Shown piece by piece: positions 60,984 to 64,000 of a stretch of 64,000 nucleotides of DNA. Positions within the stretch are counted from its first letter, which is position 1; each line of letters starts with the position of its first letter. Under the pieces are notes generated by a model. The model ran no database searches, was not told the origin of the DNA, and saw only the letters and a program-made list of their open reading frames with translations. The stretch is taken from NCBI GenBank assembly GCA_963663035.1, contig OY760074.1:864001-928000 (forward strand), read 5' to 3'. Source of the stretch: Acidobacteriota bacterium. GTDB taxonomy: Bacteria > Acidobacteriota > UBA6911 > RPQK01 > JADFOI01. The position numbers and the translations under genes were made by a program.

Positions 60984-61668
60984 CCTCCTACCTCCTACCT
61001 CCTACCTCCCACCTCCCACCTCCTACCTCCTACCTCCTACCTCCCACCTCCTACCTCCCACCTCCCACCTCCCACCTCCTACCTCCCACCTCCTACCTCC
61101 TACCTCCCACCTCCTACCTCCCACCTCCTACCTCCTACCTCCCACCTCCTACCTCCCACCTCCCACCTCCTACCTCCCACCTCCCACCTCCTACCTCCCA
61201 CCTCCTATCCTGGCCACCTCCTCCCACCTCCCACCTCCTCCCACCTCCCACCCCTCCCACCTCCCACCTCCCACCTCCCACCTCCTACCTCCCACCTCCT
61301 ACCTCCTACCTCCTACCTCCTACCTCCTACCTCCCACCTCCTGCCTCCCACCTCCTGCCTCCCACCTCCTGCCTCCCACCTCCTACCTCCCACCTCCCAC
61401 CTCCTCCTCCCACCTCCTACCTCCTACCTCCTACCTCCCACCTCCTACCTCCCACCTCCTACCTCCCACCCCACCTCCTGCCTCCTACCTCCTGCCTCCT
61501 ACCTCCTACCTCCCACCTCCTACCTCCTACCTCCTACCTCCTACCTCCTACCTCCTGCCTCCTACCTCCTCCTCCTACCTCCTACCTCCTACCTCCTACC
61601 TCCTACCTCCTACCTCCTACCTCCTACCTCCTACCTCCTACCTCCTACCTCCTACCTCCTACCTCCTG
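60984..61668. repeat. About 685-bp tandem heptamer array (CCTCCTA/CCTCCCA/CCTCCTG)
   Basis: Direct reading; roughly 95-100 units with a few irregularities. Confidence 0.95.
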
Positions 61669-61690
61669 TCTGTGCTAACATGAGGCCCAG

Positions 61691-63001
61691 ATGAGATGGA
61701 TGCTTCCTTTGGTCCTCTTGCTTTCAGTTTTCCCAGCCCACAGCGAAATACTCAAGGTGAAAATCGACGGGATTATTGATCCCATCACATCAGAATTCAT
61801 TACGGGTGCAGTTGAGGAAGCAGAGGAGGAAGAGGCTGAATTTCTGCTCATCGAGTTGTCCACCCCGGGAGGTCTCGGGGTGTCCATGCAGGAAATCATC
61901 CAAGTTATCCTGAACTCGGAGATACCCATTGTCTGTTATGTGCAGCCCCAGGGCGCACGGGCAGCCTCTGCTGGCTTTTTCATTCTTCTCTCAGCAGACG
62001 TAGCGGCCATGGCTCCCGGGACCAACACTGGAGCAGCTCATCCCGTGTTCCCGTTTGGGATGGAAGACGAGACCATGCTGGAGAAGGTGACCAACGACGC
62101 CCTGGCTAACCTACGGGCCATTGTCAACGAGCGCAACCGAAACTACGAGATGGCCGAGCAAGGTGTCGTGGAGAGCAAGGCCTACACCGCTCGCGAGTCC
62201 CTGGAGGGAGGCCTGATCGATTTAATTGCCGAAAATGAGGAAGAACTCCTCAAGTTGCTCGATGGAAGGGAGATCACTCGCTTTAGTGGGGAACAGCAGA
62301 GGCTATCAACCCAGGGACAGCAGGTCAGGCTGCTGGAGATGACACTTCGCCAGAAGATCCTGTCCACCATCGCCGATCCCAATATGGCGCTGCTTCTGGG
62401 AGTGGTGGGACTCTTGGGGCTCTATCTGGAGTTCACCAACCCCGGTTTGATGGTCCCGGGGGTGGCGGGCGGAATTTGTTTTCTCCTTGCCCTGTTGGGC
62501 TTTTCGCTCCTTCCCATCAATCTCATTGGAGTTCTCTTAGTGCTTCTGGCTATAGGCCTGTTCATAGCCGAATTGACGGTTCAAGGTTTTGGTTTCTTCG
62601 GCGCCGGGGGTATTGTGGCCATGACTATGGGTCTTCTGCTTCTTATTGACGCGCCCAACCCGGAGGTGAGAATTCAGCTGGGGCTTGCCCTGGCGGTAGC
62701 GGTTTCTGTGGCCGCCATAATGCTGTTCTTGGTGCGATTGGCCATTCGATCGCACCTGGCCAGGGTGACCACAGGTCGGGGAGCGCTGGAAGGATTGATC
62801 GCACAGGCCCGTACCGATATTAATCAAGAGGGAGGCAAAGTTTTTCTGCAGGGGGAATGGTGGGAAGCCGTCTCCCAGGAACCCATTTCCAGAGGCAGCA
62901 AGGTTCGGGTTCTGACAGCCGAGAACTTACTTCTGACTGTGGAACCTGATGCACCCTCAGATACACCCTCAAGTGAGGAACCGAGTGATGCGGTGCAGTA
63001 G
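61691..63001 (+). CDS. nfeD: NfeD long form (ClpP-like serine protease, TM and OB domains)
   Basis: TPGG, AASAG, MAPGTN.GAAHPV, GEWWEA; paired with SPFH gene. Confidence 0.9.
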   Translation: MRWMLPLVLLLSVFPAHSEILKVKIDGIIDPITSEFITGAVEEAEEEEAEFLLIELSTPGGLGVSMQEIIQVILNSEIPIVCYVQPQGARAASAGFFILLSADVAAMAPGTNTGAAHPVFPFGMEDETMLEKVTNDALANLRAIVNERNRNYEMAEQGVVESKAYTARESLEGGLIDLIAENEEELLKLLDGREITRFSGEQQRLSTQGQQVRLLEMTLRQKILSTIADPNMALLLGVVGLLGLYLEFTNPGLMVPGVAGGICFLLALLGFSLLPINLIGVLLVLLAIGLFIAELTVQGFGFFGAGGIVAMTMGLLLLIDAPNPEVRIQLGLALAVAVSVAAIMLFLVRLAIRSHLARVTTGRGALEGLIAQARTDINQEGGKVFLQGEWWEAVSQEPISRGSKVRVLTAENLLLTVEPDAPSDTPSSEEPSDAVQ

Positions 63002-63034
63002 TCCACCGTAGCCTTATTGCTCAGTTGTTAGGAA

Positions 63035-63808
63035 ATGGAGGTTTCAATGCTCTATCTCATTCCGATTGTCATCCTGGCTCTCTATCTCTTCTCCGTCATT
63101 CACGTCCTGCGGGAATATGAAAGGGGCGTGATCTTCCGTTTGGGCAGGCTTTTACCTGAGCCAAAGGGCCCGGGCCTGATTTTTGTTTTCTGGCCCATCG
63201 ATCGCATGGAAAAGGTGAGCCTGCGCACGGTGACCTACGATGTGCCTTCTCAGGATGTGATCACCCGCGACAACGTTACGGTCAAGGTCAACGCCATCGT
63301 CTATTTCCGTGTGGTGGATTCCAGCAAGGCAATTGTCACCGTTGAGAATTATCTTTATGCCACCTCTCAGCTGGCTCAGACAACCTTGAGGTCGGTCCTG
63401 GGGGAGGTGGAGCTGGATGATCTTCTCAGCAAGCGGGAGGAATTGAATGAGCGGTTACAGACCATCTTGGACCAGTCGACCGATCCCTGGGGGATCAAGG
63501 TCTCGATGGTGGAGGTGAAAACCGTAGACCTGCCCTCGGAAATGCAGCGAGCCATGGCAAGACAGGCTGAGGCTGAACGTGAAAAGCGGGCCAAAATCAT
63601 TCACGCCGATGGAGAATTTCAGGCGGCCGAGCAACTCCTGGAGGCGGCCAGGACCTTGGCCAAGGAACCCCTGACCATTCAACTTCGCTATCTGTCGACA
63701 CTGACCGAGATTGGCATGGAGCAGAATTCCGTCATCGTTTTTCCCCTGCCCATCGATCTGATCAGTGGTCTTTTGAGCGGTTCCCAGCCGGCTCAGAAAG
63801 AAAGGTAG
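63035..63808 (+). CDS. SPFH/band 7 stomatin-like protein
   Basis: [40 protein letters not shown]. Confidence 0.94.
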   Translation: MEVSMLYLIPIVILALYLFSVIHVLREYERGVIFRLGRLLPEPKGPGLIFVFWPIDRMEKVSLRTVTYDVPSQDVITRDNVTVKVNAIVYFRVVDSSKAIVTVENYLYATSQLAQTTLRSVLGEVELDDLLSKREELNERLQTILDQSTDPWGIKVSMVEVKTVDLPSEMQRAMARQAEAEREKRAKIIHADGEFQAAEQLLEAARTLAKEPLTIQLRYLSTLTEIGMEQNSVIVFPLPIDLISGLLSGSQPAQKER

Positions 63809-63955
63809 CCCGAATTATGCATAAATTTTCTGCTGCAGTGTCGCAATCATCCGCGCTGACGGCGTTGTGCGACCCGCAAGCGGGTACCCCTTCACACGCC
63901 TTGTCATCGCGGCGCTTGCGCCACTTCGCTACGAAAACCTATGCATAATACGGGC
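63809..63955. mobile_element. MITE-like element, filled copy at SPFH stop codon
   Basis: TAG-CCCGAATTATGCATA ... TATGCATAATACGGG-CCAG. Confidence 0.78.
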
Positions 63956-64000
63956 CAGCTAGCCTATGGGTAGGAAAGCCAAACTGAGTCCCCGCGAATC

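Noticed and set aside
60912-61694. 260-aa Pro-rich ORF (PPTSYLL repeats)
   Set aside because: Translation of the 7-bp repeat, whose plus strand lacks stop codons; no RBS; occupies the promoter region

Overview
A 64-kb bacterial chromosomal window, probably from an Acidobacteriota genome (inferred from gene order and protein families, not tested). Most of it is housekeeping DNA: a surface-polysaccharide cluster, tsaD-mtnA, msbA, yicC-gmk-rpoZ-coaBC-era-udg-priA, kdsB-pyrG-kdsA-kdsD-kdsC, metH, ygfZ, transketolase, tadA, two tRNA-Ser genes, SRP RNA-dnaX-ybaB-recR, moaD-moaE-mog and nfeD-SPFH. Two accessory zones interrupt it. (1) About 31.2-42.8 kb: an integrative element starting exactly at the anticodon loop of a tRNA-Gly 5' half (integrase, Xis-like HTH, Fic, a sigma-like ORF), then an IS256 and PEP-CTERM/acidic surface-protein genes. 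(2) About 49.3-56.7 kb around the tRNA-Ser genes: an AbiE toxin-antitoxin pair, a PilZ protein, a 2-kb att-bounded islet with a lytic transglycosylase, and a degenerate cNMP-HD-GYP protein. Most notable non-standard signals: the split tRNA whose promoter now faces the integrase; a 30-bp CTAG-flanked palindrome present both empty and filled with modular cargo; a probable unannotated selenoprotein (RPG-UGA plus hairpin); a helically phased TTTCA array over the Fic start; a 685-bp tandem array of the anti-Shine-Dalgarno heptamer; a bacilliredoxin-rhodanese fusion; and many apparently leaderless genes. No CRISPR array was seen. All calls come from reading the sequence by eye; no database searches were run.
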